From Octopus vulgaris (Eukaryota), in assembly GCA_951406725.2 (NCBI GenBank), contig OX597829.1, positions 20,460,001 to 20,524,000 of the forward strand: 64,000 bases of DNA, given 5' to 3'. Positions 1 to 12,764 of this stretch are shown piece after piece. The notes beneath the pieces are model-generated. The model worked only from the letters and a program-made list of their open reading frames with translations, was not told the DNA's origin and did not search any database. A program made the translations under genes and the position numbers. Every line of letters begins with the position of its first letter. Position 1 is the first letter of the stretch.

Positions 1-1758
1 GTCCAGTCAGATCTGGCAGTGTTTCTACAGCTGGATGCCCTTCCTAACGCCAACCACTCCGAGAGTGTAGTGGGTGATTTTATGTGCCACCGACACAGGT
101 GCCAGACGAGGCTGGCAAACGGCCACGCTCGGATGGTGTTTTTTATGTGCCACCGACACAGGTGCCAGACGAGGCTGGCAGACGGCCACGCTCGGATGGT
201 GTTTTTATGTGCCACCGGCACAGGTGCCAGATGAGGCTGGCAAACGGCCACGATCGGATGGTGCTTGTTACGTGCCCACAGCACGGAGGCCAGTCGATGC
301 GGTACTGGCTACGGCCACGTTCGGATGGTTTTCTTGTGTGCCACGTGCCACCGGCACTGGTACCACAAAGATACAAATTCCATTGATGTTCATCTATTTT
401 GATTTGTTTTGATTTTCACTTGCCTCAACAGGTCTTCACAAGTGTCACAAGAAGGAAGGTATGCACAGGTGGACTGACTACGTCCCAGGTAGGGGCCATG
501 GGTTATGGCCTGACTAGTCTTGCCGGGTCTTCGGATGGTGTTTTTATGTGCCACCGACACAGGTGCTAGATGAGGCTGGCGAACGGCCACGATCGGATGG
601 TGTTTGTCATGTGCCCACCGCACTGACTACAGCACTGATGGATTTCTTGTGTGCCACAGGCACTGGTACCACAAGATACAAATTCCATTGATGTTCATCT
701 ATTTTGTCTATTTTGATTTGATTTGATTTGATTTTCACTTGCCTCAACCGGTCTTCACAAGTGTCACAAGAAGGAAGGTATGCACAGGTGGACTGACTAG
801 TCTTGCCAGGTCTTCGGAAGGTGTTTTTATGTGCCACCGACACAGGTGCCAGATGAGGCTGGCGAACGGCCATGATCGGATGGTGTTTGTCACGTGCCCA
901 CAGCACGGAGGCCGGTCGATGCGGAACTGGCTACGGCCACGTTCGCATGGTACTATTGAGTGCCACCGGCACTGGTACCACAAAGATACAGATTCCATTG
1001 ATGTTCATCTATTTTGATTTCTTTTGATTTTGATTTTCACTTGCCTCAACAGGTCTTCACAAGTGTCACAAGAAGGAAGGTATGCACAGGTGGACTGACT
1101 ACGTCCCAGGTAGGGGCCATAGTTTATGGCCTGACTAGTCTTGCCGGGTCTTCGGATGGTGTTTTTATGTGCCACCGACACAGGTGCTAGATGAGGCTGG
1201 CGAACGGCCACGATCGGATGGTGTTTGTCATGTGCCCACAGCACGGAGGCCAGTCGATGCGGTACTGGCTACGGCCACTTTCGGATGGTTTTCTCTTGTG
1301 TGCCACCGGCACTGGTACCACAAAGATACAAATTCCATTGATGTTCATCTATTTTGATTTGTTTTGATTTGATTTTGATTTTGATTTTCACTTGCCTCAA
1401 CAGGCCTTCACAAGTATCACAAGGAGGAAGGTATGCACAGGTGGACTGACTACGTCCCAGGTAGGGGCCATGGTTTATGGCCTGACTAGTCTTGCCGGGT
1501 CTTCGGATGGTGTTTTTATGTGCCACCGACACAGGTGCTAGATGAGGCTGGCGAACGGCCACGACCGGATGGTGTTTGTTATGTGCCCACAGCACGATGG
1601 CCAGTGATGCGGTACTGACTACGGCCATGTTCGGATGGATTCTTGTGTGCCACCGGCACTGGTACCACAAGCGGTACTGACTACTTTTTATGTGCCACCG
1701 ACACAGGTGCTAGATGAGGCTGGCGAACGGCCATGACCGGATGGTGTTTGTTATGTGC

Positions 1759-1760
<2 letters not shown>
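1..1760 (-). repeat. Tandem array (~300-360 bp units with ~60-bp sub-repeats) derived from an RTE LINE 3' UTR
   Basis: Recurrent TTTATGTGCCACCGACACAGGTGC and CACTTGCCTCAACAGGTC blocks; starts with CTGGATGCCCTTCCTAACGCCAACCACTCC, as in the RTE tail at 51323-51790. Confidence 0.8.
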
Positions 1761-1798
<38 letters not shown>

Positions 1799-2564
1799 GT
1801 GTGTGTGTATCTTTGTGCCTGTGTTTTCTGCCATCACTGCTTGACAACCAGTGCTGGTGTGTTTACATCCCTGTAACTTAGCAGTTCAGCAAAGTGAATG
1901 ATAGAATAAGTACCTGGCTTTTAGAGAAAAATAATAAGTATTGGGGGTCAGTTCATTCAACTAAAGATTCTTCAAGGACGTGCTCCAACATGGCCACAGT
2001 CTAATAATGAGTGAAATAAGAAAAAGTAAAAGGACTGAATAAATGTCTTAAATATTATCAAAGTAAGCAATTACAATATTTGTAATTAGTGTCTCCCTTG
2101 ATGTAAGTTTTACTCGTTAGTGTGTCTAATGAATTCATTTAGAGTTGCAGAAAAACGCTGTGTCAAATTACGCATGTACTAGCATTTATTTTCCTCTCTC
2201 AACATTCCAAGTCCAAATATTACTAGGGGTGTGTTTCCCTTTCATTCTTCCCTACTCCCTACTAGGCATCCGTAAAATTAGCAGCAGCAGCAGTGCTAGA
2301 AGAGAGCCTCTATTCAGTCTCAGATTATATTTGTCTAAAAATGTGCAGCCTTGTGCTACTATCAGGAATTATTGCATCATCAGCATCATCATCAGCATCC
2401 ATTAATGTCCATTTTCCATGTTGGCATCTGTCAGACCAGTACATTCTAATTAATGCATATCTAATTGATACGTATTTAATAATTACATATTTAATCAAAA
2501 CAAGTGTGGCATCTATATTGTTGCTTAAAGTACTAGAAATAGCAGCTATATATATTACTCTCTT

Positions 2565-2751
2565 TTACTCTTTTACTTGTTTCAGTCATTTGACTGTGGC
2601 CATGCTGGAGCACCGCCTTTAGTCGAGCAAATTGACCCCAGGACTTATTCTTTATAAGCCTAGTCTCTTATGCTGAACTGCTAACTTACGGGAATATAAA
2701 CACACCAGCATCGGTTGTCAAGCGATGTTGGGGTCGGGGACAAACACACAC

Positions 2752-2787
<36 letters not shown>

Positions 2788-2968
2788 TGAAATAGAAAGA
2801 TGAATAATCTTGTTGCAGATTAATCAAAAGTTTCTTCCTGAAGAGAAAGACACAATATGGTCTCCTTATTCAATCGGAATTTGGTAAACTGTGCCTTTCG
2901 AAACACATGTAGAATGCAATAAAACGATTTCTGTTCAATCTTCGTTCAACTCCATTTCTTCAATTCAC

Positions 2969-2999
<31 letters not shown>

Positions 3000-3178
3000 G
3001 CATACATATATACGACAGGCTTCTTTCAGTTTCCGTCTACCAAATCTACTCACAAGGCTTTGGTCAGCCCGAGGCTATAGTTGAAGACACTTGCTCAAGG
3101 TGCCACACAGTGGGGACTAAACCCAGAACCATGTGGTTGGTAAAGCAAGCTACTTACTACACAGCCACTCCTACGCCT
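2565..3178 (-). mobile_element. tRNA-derived SINE interrupted by (TA)n and a 190-bp insert
   Basis: Minus strand has a tRNA-like head, a CCTTGTGAG..GATTTGGTAGACGGAAACTGAAAGAAGCC body and a GGCGGTGCTCCAGCATGGCC tail; siblings at 16125-16575 and 29815-30060. Confidence 0.75.
2835..2914 (+). ncRNA. Minimal hammerhead ribozyme motif
   Basis: TTC-CTGAAGA-GAAAGACACA..35 nt..TGTGCCTTTC-GAAA-CACATG-TA-GAA. Confidence 0.7.
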
Positions 3179-3850
3179 ATATATATATTTGTATTTTCAA
3201 ATATTTATGAAATTCTTCAATACTGGTTCATGGCTGTGTTGTTATGAAGATTTACTTCACAACTACGTCTTTCCAAGTTCAAATCAACTGTGTGGCACCT
3301 TGGGAAAAGCTACCATAGCTTTAAGTCAGCTATGGTCTGGCAAGCGATATTCAGCACCTTAGGCACTCAGAGGAACCATTCTTGTTCTGGGACTGAGAAA
3401 CTGAAGCTGATGACTGATTTTGCACCATCAGCACCTGGTTCTTTGGTGTCTTTGACTGGGTCTGCTCTGCTGTAAACATTTTTAGTCTAGATTTTCAGTT
3501 TGAGAATAACTTCTTTCGACAAGTTTTGGGGACCCTGAAAAGGGACCAGAGTTTGCTATTGTTTCTCTTCTGACTATAAATATACGGAAATAGAAAAATT
3601 ATGACATATATTTTCAGTTTGAGCTAAATCACATTGGATAAATTTACTGTAACTTGAAGGGGTGGATTAACACTTGTAGAATGGATTTAACTTGTTAGAG
3701 GGGTGGATTTAGCAACTTGTGGGATGAATTTGATGGGGTAGATTTAACAACTTATAGGTATAAAGTTGACAATTTTTGGAGGTGGATTTGACAATAATTT
3801 GTTGGGAATGGATAAGGGATTTAATAACTACTGGTTGGATTTGGCAGCTT

Positions 3851-4511
3851 GTTGGATGAATGGCTTTAACAACTTATGGGATGGATTTGACAATTTGTTT
3901 GGTAGATTTAATATCTCACTGGATTTGTGGATTTGATAATCTGTGGAGTGTTTTTAAACTATAAACACACTTTAATCTGCTTACTGTTGGATGAATGGCT
4001 TTAACAACTTATGGGATGGATTTGACAATTTGTTTGGTAGATTTAATATCTCACTGGATTTGTGGATTTGATAATCTGTGGAGTGTTTTTAAACTATAAA
4101 CACACTTTAATCTGCTTACTGTTGGATGAATGGCTTTAACAACTTATGGGATGGATTTGACAATTTGTTTGGTAGATTTAATATCTCACTGGATTTGTGG
4201 ATTTAATAATCTGTGGAGTGTTTTTAAACTATAAACACACTTTAATCTGCTTACTGTTGGATGAATGGCTTTAACAACTTATGGGATGGATTTGACAATT
4301 TGTTTGGTAGATTTAATATCTCACTGGATTTGTGGATTTGATAATCTGTGGAGTGTTTTTAAACTATAAACACACTTTAATCTGCTTACTGTTGGATGAA
4401 TGGCTTTAACAACTTATGGGATGGATTTGACAATTTGTTTGGTAGATTTAATATCTCACTGGATTTGTGGATTTAATAATCTGTGGAGTGTTTTTAAACT
4501 ATAAACACACT

Positions 4512-4543
<32 letters not shown>

Positions 4544-7500
4544 TGTGTACAGTGCTCAGGTGCACTACAACTCATCTAAAGTGTATATATAATCAGGTGA
4601 AGTTTCGGCGGATTTCGGAAAGCATGAGGGCCTTAAAAGATGCAGTGTCATGGCAGTCAACAACTGACGCAGGCAGTTTATTCCATGCTTCAGCAACTCT
4701 GAGCGTGAAAAAATGTTTCCGAAAGTCATGGGAGCTGTATTGTTTTCTGACTTTGTAGGCATGTCCACGTGTGTTAGACACATGGAGATCAAAAAGGTGT
4801 TCAGTGTTGTTGTTGGTGAGGTGGTTGATAACTTTGTGGGTGTTTACCAAGTCCGTCGCCAAACGCCGGAGCTTCAGTGAATCCATGCCCAGGGAAACAA
4901 GGCGCTCAGAATATGGTAGGTGTCTGATGGAGGGTATGCGTTTGGTTGCACGTCTCTGGACAGATTCCAGGAGGTCAATGTTCTGTGCAAGATAGGGGTT
5001 CCAAACTGATGATGCGAATTCCAAGTGTGGTCGTACCATAGCTGTATACAGTTTTAAATAGATGGCTGGAGAGCGGCTAACAAAAGACCTGCTGAGTGAT
5101 GCCAAGACACCCTCGGCCTTCCTGACAATCTTAGAGATATGCTTTGACCAACGCAAATCACTGCTGACATCGATGCCTAGGTCACGCTCGCAAGAGGATT
5201 TCTTGATATCAGTGTTGTGGAGGGAGTATGTGAACGCAGGGTTTTTTCTCCCAAAATGCATGGTGGTACACTTGTCCACAGCCAGTTTCAGTTGCCAGTC
5301 TGTGATCCATTGCTGCATTGTGTCTAGGTCTGATTGCAGGAAAGAGTTGTAGACATCAGGATCTGTCCTCTTGATTTCAAGGTACAGCTTGATGTCGTCT
5401 GCATATTTCAATACTGTGGCATTCTCCAAATTGGCATCTATGTCGTTAATGTATGCCACAAACAAGAGGGGGCCAAGGACAGATCCCTGTGGTACACCCG
5501 ATGACATCTCATATGGTGTAGAGTGCTGTCCTAGAACTGTGACTACCTCCTTTCGGCTGAGGATGAAGGATTTCAACCAGTTAAAAGGTCATCCCCCACA
5601 CCCATTGCAGAGAGTTTCACCATAAGCCTTTTGTGTGGCACAGAGTTGAAAGCCTTAGCAAAGTCAAGGTAGACAACATCCACCCATGAGCCACTGTCAG
5701 TAATCTGAGTAATGTCCTCAAGGAACTCGACAAGCTGGTCACTGCAGCTGGAGTTAGGGACAAATCCATATTGTGAGGGTCGGATGAGACTGTGAGAGCT
5801 CCAGAAGTTCCAGAGTGTTTCTCTGACACACGATTCCATCAGTTTTGCAATACAGCTAGTGAGACTGACTGGGCGATAGTTGACAGGTGATGTGCGGTCG
5901 CCCTTTTGAACAGAGGAATGACACTGGCAGTTTTCCACTGCTCCGGAGTAGCACCATTGTTGAGACAGTACTGGAAGAAAATAGAAAGCTGGTGTAAAAG
6001 GAAGTGCCTGCCACGTTTGAGAAGCAGGTATGTAACTCCATCGAGACCAGGGGAGGCATAGTTGCGCTTATTTTGAAGGTGACGTCGCAGCATTGCAGGT
6101 GTAAATTCCATAGTTGTTATGGAGTTTGCTGTTAGTGATGGTGAAGATGGTACATTTTGACTTTCAACAGTGAATATGTTTGCATAGCACTCGGCAATGA
6201 GTTCTGCGCATTCCTTGGGGTCGTCAGTGATCTGGTTTGTGTGAGGGTTGCGAAGAGGGCCCACTGGAGAGTGAGGTCTCTGCTTTGAGTGCACATATTT
6301 CCAGAAAACCTTGCTGTCAGGATTGGCTGCTATGCACTGTTCAAATTCAAGCACTGCTTTTTTTGTCACTTGCTTGAGATGGTTGGAGGATTTATTCCGC
6401 TTCTTCCTGTTGGTGTCTGATTTATGCAACCTGTATTCCCGTTCAGCAGTCCGACGTTCCCTCCTGGCAAGTCGGACCGCTGAAGTTTCCCAAATTGCCC
6501 TTTTGGGGCGGTTCTTCTTTTTTGTTTACGTGGCACTGATGCTGCACATGCTGCCCATATTGAGTCCAGGATACTCTGGAGTATAGTATTCACATCTCCA
6601 GAGTTGTAGAATTCACGCCAGTTTGGGTGCTGTAGTTCAGTGTGGTACAGGTTCCAATCTGCTCTCTTCCAATCGAAGGAAGCAGATTGGAGATGGTTCA
6701 GGTTTTTGTTGCCCGCAAGAGCCAGATTGGCGATGATCATAGCATGATCAGAGTCACCTAGAGGTTCCTCTGTAGTGCAATTGATAACCGCTTCAGGAGT
6801 TGTGGTGAAGAGCAGGTCCAAGGTGTTGTCGCCTCTTGTTGGAGAGGTGACTACTTGTGACCAGTTTGAGTCCAGCACAAGCTCAACAAAATCGTTTGCA
6901 CTCTGTGGCCAATGGAAGGTCTCCCAATCGATCTCAGGATGATTGAAATCGCCTGCAATAAACACATAAGTGGCTGTTTTCCTGGCAGCAGCTCGGAGGA
7001 CATTGCAAAGCTGTGTGTCCCGATGGTAACTTGGGGGACGATAAACAACGCCAAGCAGGAGTGTTGACATGGTCATACGCACGTCACAGAAAAAAACTTC
7101 TTCTTGTGATTCGTTCAAATCGGCACAAGGAATTACCAAAAAATTTGAACGAACGTAGACCATCACACCACCACCACGGCGGTTAGTGCGGTCCTTACGG
7201 AAGAGGTTGTACCCCGTAATGTTGAAAACCCCATCACAGAGTAAGGAATGCGCCCATGTTTCCGTGACAGTGATGAAGTCAGGGTCAACACTTCTGACGT
7301 AGGCGTTGAACAAATGTATTTTGTTGCATAAACTGCGAGCATTTAAGGACAACAATTTGTACCCTGCTCGCAGTTTATGATGGTGTGTAGAGGATGGCAG
7401 GTTGTTCTGGCTTAGTTTCCCTGAGTTGCTGTAGTTTTTTTAGTTATTGTGGGTAGAGAGCACTCAGACCAGCTGGTATCTCTCTTCCACGTTTCAGCAG

Positions 7501-8407
7501 TCTTGACAAATCTCCAGATTTGTCCATCTTCCCGAAGACTGAAGCTTTCCTGTAGAGCTGAGTTCCTATTCAGGGAAGCCACTACACGTAGCTTTGGGCG
7601 TACATCGGACGGTAAGCCTGGGCGTGTTCGGAAGGTGGTCCGATTTTCCCGCCCAGCTTTAACTGAGGCCAGATGGTAAGAGGTTGCCTCAGTGGGGTCC
7701 GTAAAAGACAACTTGATGTAATCTGCTTACTGTTGGATGAATGGCTTTAACAACTTATGGGATGGATTTGACAATTTGTTTGGTAGATTTAATATCTCAC
7801 TGGATTTGTGGATTTGATAATCTGTGGAGTGTTTTTAAACTATAAACACACTTTAATCTGCTTACTGTTGGATGAATGGCTTTAACAACTTATGGGATGG
7901 ATTTGACAATTTGTTTGGTAGATTTAATATCTCACTGGATTTGTGGATTTGATAATCTGTGGAGTGTTTTTAAACTATAAACACACTTTAATCTGCTTAC
8001 TGTTGGATGAATGGCTTTAACAACTTATGGGATGGATTTGACAATTTGTTTGGTAGATTTAATATCTCACTGGATTTGTGGATTTGATAATCTGTGGAGT
8101 GTTTTTAAACTATAAACACACTTTAATCTGCTTACTGTTGGATGAATGGCTTTAACAACTTATGGGATGGATTTGACAATTTGTTTGGTAGATTTAATAT
8201 CTCACTGGATTTGTGGATTTGATAATCTGTGGAGTGTTTTTAAACTATAAACACACTTTAATCTGCTTACTGTTGGATGAATGGCTTTAACAACTTATGG
8301 GATGGATTTGACAATTTGTTTGGTAGATTTAATATCTCATTGGATTTGTGGATTTGATAATCTGGAGTGTTTTTAATCTATAAACATACTTTAATCTGCT
8401 TACTGTT
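3851..8407. repeat. 135-bp tandem repeat, ~10 units, split by a LINE insertion (4513-7718)
   Basis: GTTGGATGAATGGCTTTAAC at 3851, 3986, 4121, 4256, 4391, 7732, 7867, 8002, 8137 and 8272. Confidence 0.95.
4513..7718 (-). mobile_element. CR1/L2-group LINE, 5'-truncated, with APE endonuclease and RT split by frameshifts, (TTA)n tail
   Basis: ORFs 6366-7355 (LNARSL, VTETW, GDFN, SDH), 5839-6429, 5573-5938 (NYRPVSLTS, YLDFAKAF) and 4593-5576 (GVPQGSVLGP, YADD). Confidence 0.95.
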
Positions 8408-8416
8408 TCCTTGTAG

Positions 8417-8530
8417 TTGATCGTGACTGTGAAACTAATCCATGTGAAAATGGTGGCACATGTGTAATTGCAGCAAATGGAGTGTCTTGTATTTGTGCTC
8501 CTGGCTGGACTGGATCTTTGTGTGAAACTG
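8417..8530 (+). CDS. JAG: Jagged exon, single EGF repeat (114 nt, phase 1-1)
   Basis: ttgtag|TTGATCGT...GAAACTG|gtatgt; [37 protein letters not shown]. Confidence 0.92.
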
Positions 8531-11500
8531 GTATGTAAATAATATTATGAACTCACTTCATCTCATCACTAAATATGCTTTGTTGTTATTGTTATTGTTG
8601 TTTTGCTTGTTATTACGTATGGAGTGCAGGTTACATTCTCGAAGGGAAATAACCTTGTTTTGACCTTGGATTTACTGTAATCACAGGGAGTTAGCAAGAT
8701 GTATGAACATTTAATGTGGTTTTAGAGTCAAGTTTTGACTGCTATTTCCAGTGTGCTGGTGTCTCTTAGATACCCTAAATTATAATTTTGAATAATTATA
8801 TATATAATATGTATAATATATATATTATTTAAAGCAGCAGAAAATTCAACAAAACCTGTTACTCTGAGTTTCATGTTCCCGTTTGTCGGACGCTGCTTTA
8901 AATAAAGCATATTACTCTACCACTGGTATTTGAGTTCTCTTTTTTCCACCTTGTTTCACATTTATGTGTTTACTCCAGTATATATATATATTATACATAT
9001 TATATATGTGATGTGTGTGTATATGTAATATGCTGTATCCCTCTTCTCCAAGAGTGGGCCTTGTGTTTAGTTAAAAAAGAAATGAATATATTTATTGCAT
9101 TAATCTAAATTAACAGATATTGACGAGTGTGCATCAAACCCATGCATGAATAATGGCTGGTGTGAAGATCAAGTTAATGGATACAAATGCCATTGTCGTC
9201 CTGGCTGGCAAGGGGCTCAGTGCCAGCTAGATGTCGATGAATGCAAAGACAGCACCTGTGTGAATGCAATCTACTGTCGGAATCTTCAAGGTAGCTATGA
9301 ATGTCAGTGCCAGGCAGGTTGGACTGGGAAAAACTGTGATATGAGTAAGTATACATCTTGGACTGTTTCATCTTAGGAGTATTATCCAAAGCTAATAACC
9401 TTTTTTTTTTTTGTACACTTGTGTGTATGGGGGGGTACTTGCATGTGTGTACATGTGTGTGAGTATATTTATGTGTCCGTGTCTATTTGTGTGTGTGAGC
9501 ATGTGTGCATGCGAGTGTGTTTGTGCGTGTGCGACTGTATGTATGTGTGTGCATGAGTGTTTGTATACATGTGTGTGTGTAGTGTGAGAGAGAGAGAGGG
9601 AGGGAGAGAGGCTGACTATGAGAATGAAAGAGAGAGAGAAAGAGCAGTTGTACTTATGCACTGGAGTTGTACATACATAAGTATTTAAATACTTGTTTGT
9701 GAAAACAGAATCTTAATTAATTATTTAATCTGCATTTCTAATTAAGATTTTTGGTGGTAAATTAATCAATGTATTAGTTCCCATTATTTTCCAATGTTAC
9801 CTTATAAAGTATATTTCTAATAAATCTAAGTTGTTTTTTTTCGTTTTGCTTTTTTCTTTTTTCTTTCTTTTTTTTTGCTTGTGATGATGATGATGATGAT
9901 AATGATAAATTCTCTTCCGTTGTCATTTCTTGCTCTTTTAGGCCAGATGACCACATATGGAATAAGCTTTCTAATATTCTCTCACCTGTTTCTTCTCTTG
10001 CAGACATCATTGATTGTGTTGGTCAGTGTCACAATGGTGCTACATGCGTTGTGAGTTTACATCTTGGCATTTTTATTTTTTAAATTTAAAAAATTTTTTG
10101 TTTCATATTTAATGCTCAGCACAGTGACTGTGGCTGTCATTGGTGTTTGACTCAGGGTGGTCACCTAAACAGTCATGCATGATGTAAGGCTTTCCAACTG
10201 GGACTATTCTGTCAGGTTTTTTTTTTCTAGGGGCATCCAAGAGTAGGTTGAGATTTTGCTGCTGTTTCTAGCAGTTCAAGAAGCAACTGCATTGTGGCTT
10301 CTTCATTGCATCAATAACAGTGAGGCTTATTGGGCTGGACTGTTGACCACATGGGCATGAGTTCAAACCTCTTCTAATGCACCCTTCATGAATGAGTGTC
10401 AGTCTCTTTGTTCCAGTTTACCTGGCTAAACAAAATAAAAAAGTAAATAAATAGAAGCAGGTCCCACATTTCCTGTTTGACCATAAAGTGATAAGAAGGA
10501 CAGCTTATATATATATATATATATTGTTTTTGTATCTGGTTTGCAAGATTCTTCATGTAAATTCATGCATTGAAACAAATTTTGTTGCATCTGGGGAGAG
10601 TCATATTGTCTTAATGGCTTAAAACACACTCACTGGTTCCATTTCCACTCATTATATTTTTTCTTCCAAAATTTTCATTACTTTTCCATCCTTGTCAATG
10701 GATGTTGACTCTGTCCATTATTGAAGCTGCATTTACATATATATATATATATATATATAGATAGATATAGATAGATAGCTATATATTTATATATGATAAT
10801 GAAGGTGGCTAGGTGGCTATCTGCAATATAAAATCAAAAAGCAAAAATTCAATTGCCACTAATTGTATGTCTGTATGTATGTATATATGTATTTATAAAT
10901 GTATATATGTATCTATATGTGTAACGTTGTTGTTGTTTGTAGAACCTTGTGAATGATTACCGTTGTCAGTGCAGACCAGGCTTTACAGGGCGGCACTGTG
11001 ATGCAGCGATAAATGGGTGCCATAGCCTACCTTGTCTAAATGGAGGTGTATGTCACGACCTTAACGATGGCTTCAGGTGTGAGTGTCCCTCAGGCTATGT
11101 TGGTTTGCAGTGTCAGGTAGGTGCCATCTTCTAACTCTAGTCTACTCACAAACAATCTTCTTGTACCTTTATACACACAAGCGCTCAGCTATGAGTGATG
11201 GTGGTGGTCATGGCAGCAGCTGTTGTTGTTGTTTCATGGACATTCATCTTAGTTTGTGTCAAGCCTCACCAGAAATGTTCAATAAAGATCTCAATGAATT
11301 GTTAAAAGAAAGCATCTTGATTTTTGTATCTGGTTTGTAAGATCTGTTATTTGAATTCATGTATTGAAACAAATTTTATTGTGTCTAAGGGGAGCCATTT
11401 TGCCAATATAATTAACACAAACACTGGTTCAGTTTCATTCCTTCATTTGTCAATTGATTAAATAACCAACTAACTAATTGATTACTTAATTTGTTTTGTC

Positions 11501-12709
11501 TTTGTTTGTGAAAGAATCTTTCATTGCTACCTGCAACCTATTGAACAGGACCAGTGCATGTGTTAATTATATTTGCATAATGTCTCTCCGTAGACACAAC
11601 AAGAGGCATATCTTGATTTATTGAAGAAATTGAAGAATTGGAAGAATGGAAAATACGAAAGAGAGAGCTGGAGACTTGTGGGGATCTTAAATTAGAGGGA
11701 TCTAAAATAATGAAGATTGATAAGAATTTGCTTGAAAAAGATTATTACAGAAATCTGTCTAATTCACTTCATCATTAACTCTTTTGATATCGACCTGCTT
11801 GAGATCAGCTCTGTTTCTATGAGACAACATCCTTGTTTTAAAGTCATCTAAGTTAAAAGTTCCTTCTATCAAAATTTTGTCTTTAATTTATGTTCCAAAC
11901 ACCAACTTAATAATGACAAAGTTAATTTATAAAATTCTTCATTATTTTCATAATTAATTGAAATAATAATACAGTATTTCAACAAATATGGTAACAAAAG
12001 GCTTAAAGTGATCTAGATAAAAACCTATCAAAATATCATGTTATGTTCCAAACTCCAACTTGATAATAAGAAAGTTATTTTATTAAATTGTTTGTTATCT
12101 TCAAAATCAATTAAAATGAAAAGCAGTGTATTTCAATTGAAATATGGTAAAGATTAAGGATATAATTTTAGAATCTGTGGATATTTTTCTGTTGTAATGA
12201 GTGTCTTTGATTATTTACTTCTGTTTTTTTTTTATTTCTAAACCAAATAATGCTATTCTTTGTAAATATAAATTCTTTAAAAACCAAAATGAATTCATAC
12301 AATATTACTTTATTTCTATTACTAGATTGCTATCAATTTGTGCCAACAAAACCCTTGCAGATCTGGTTCTACATGTTATGATATGCGAGGAGATTTCTAC
12401 TGCCATTGTCAGCCTGGTTTTGAAGGAAAAACTTGTGAAAAAAAGAAGAAAATTTGTCCAAATGGTTCTTGTGAAGGTTAGCTTCAAGTTTGTCCATTTC
12501 TTCTACTTGCCATTATCTTCCATTCAGGTCATGGTTTCCCATTTAAAAGCCAACCATTTTTTTCCCCAAATATATTGTACTTCATATTCAAGGCTCTGAT
12601 GAAGCTATGATGCATTATTCAAACACTCGTCTAATCTTTCCACTGTAGTAGAAACAGCTGTAAGCTATTGTATTTCATAAGATTATCATTTATTCCTTTG
12701 TCATCTTTC

Positions 12710-12764
<55 letters not shown>

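Noticed and set aside
8856-8894. Minus-strand hammerhead-like CCGACAA-ACG-GGAA-CAT-GAAA-CTCAGAG-TA
   Set aside because: C3/A8 mismatch, broken stem II and only 2-bp stem I; at best a decayed copy.
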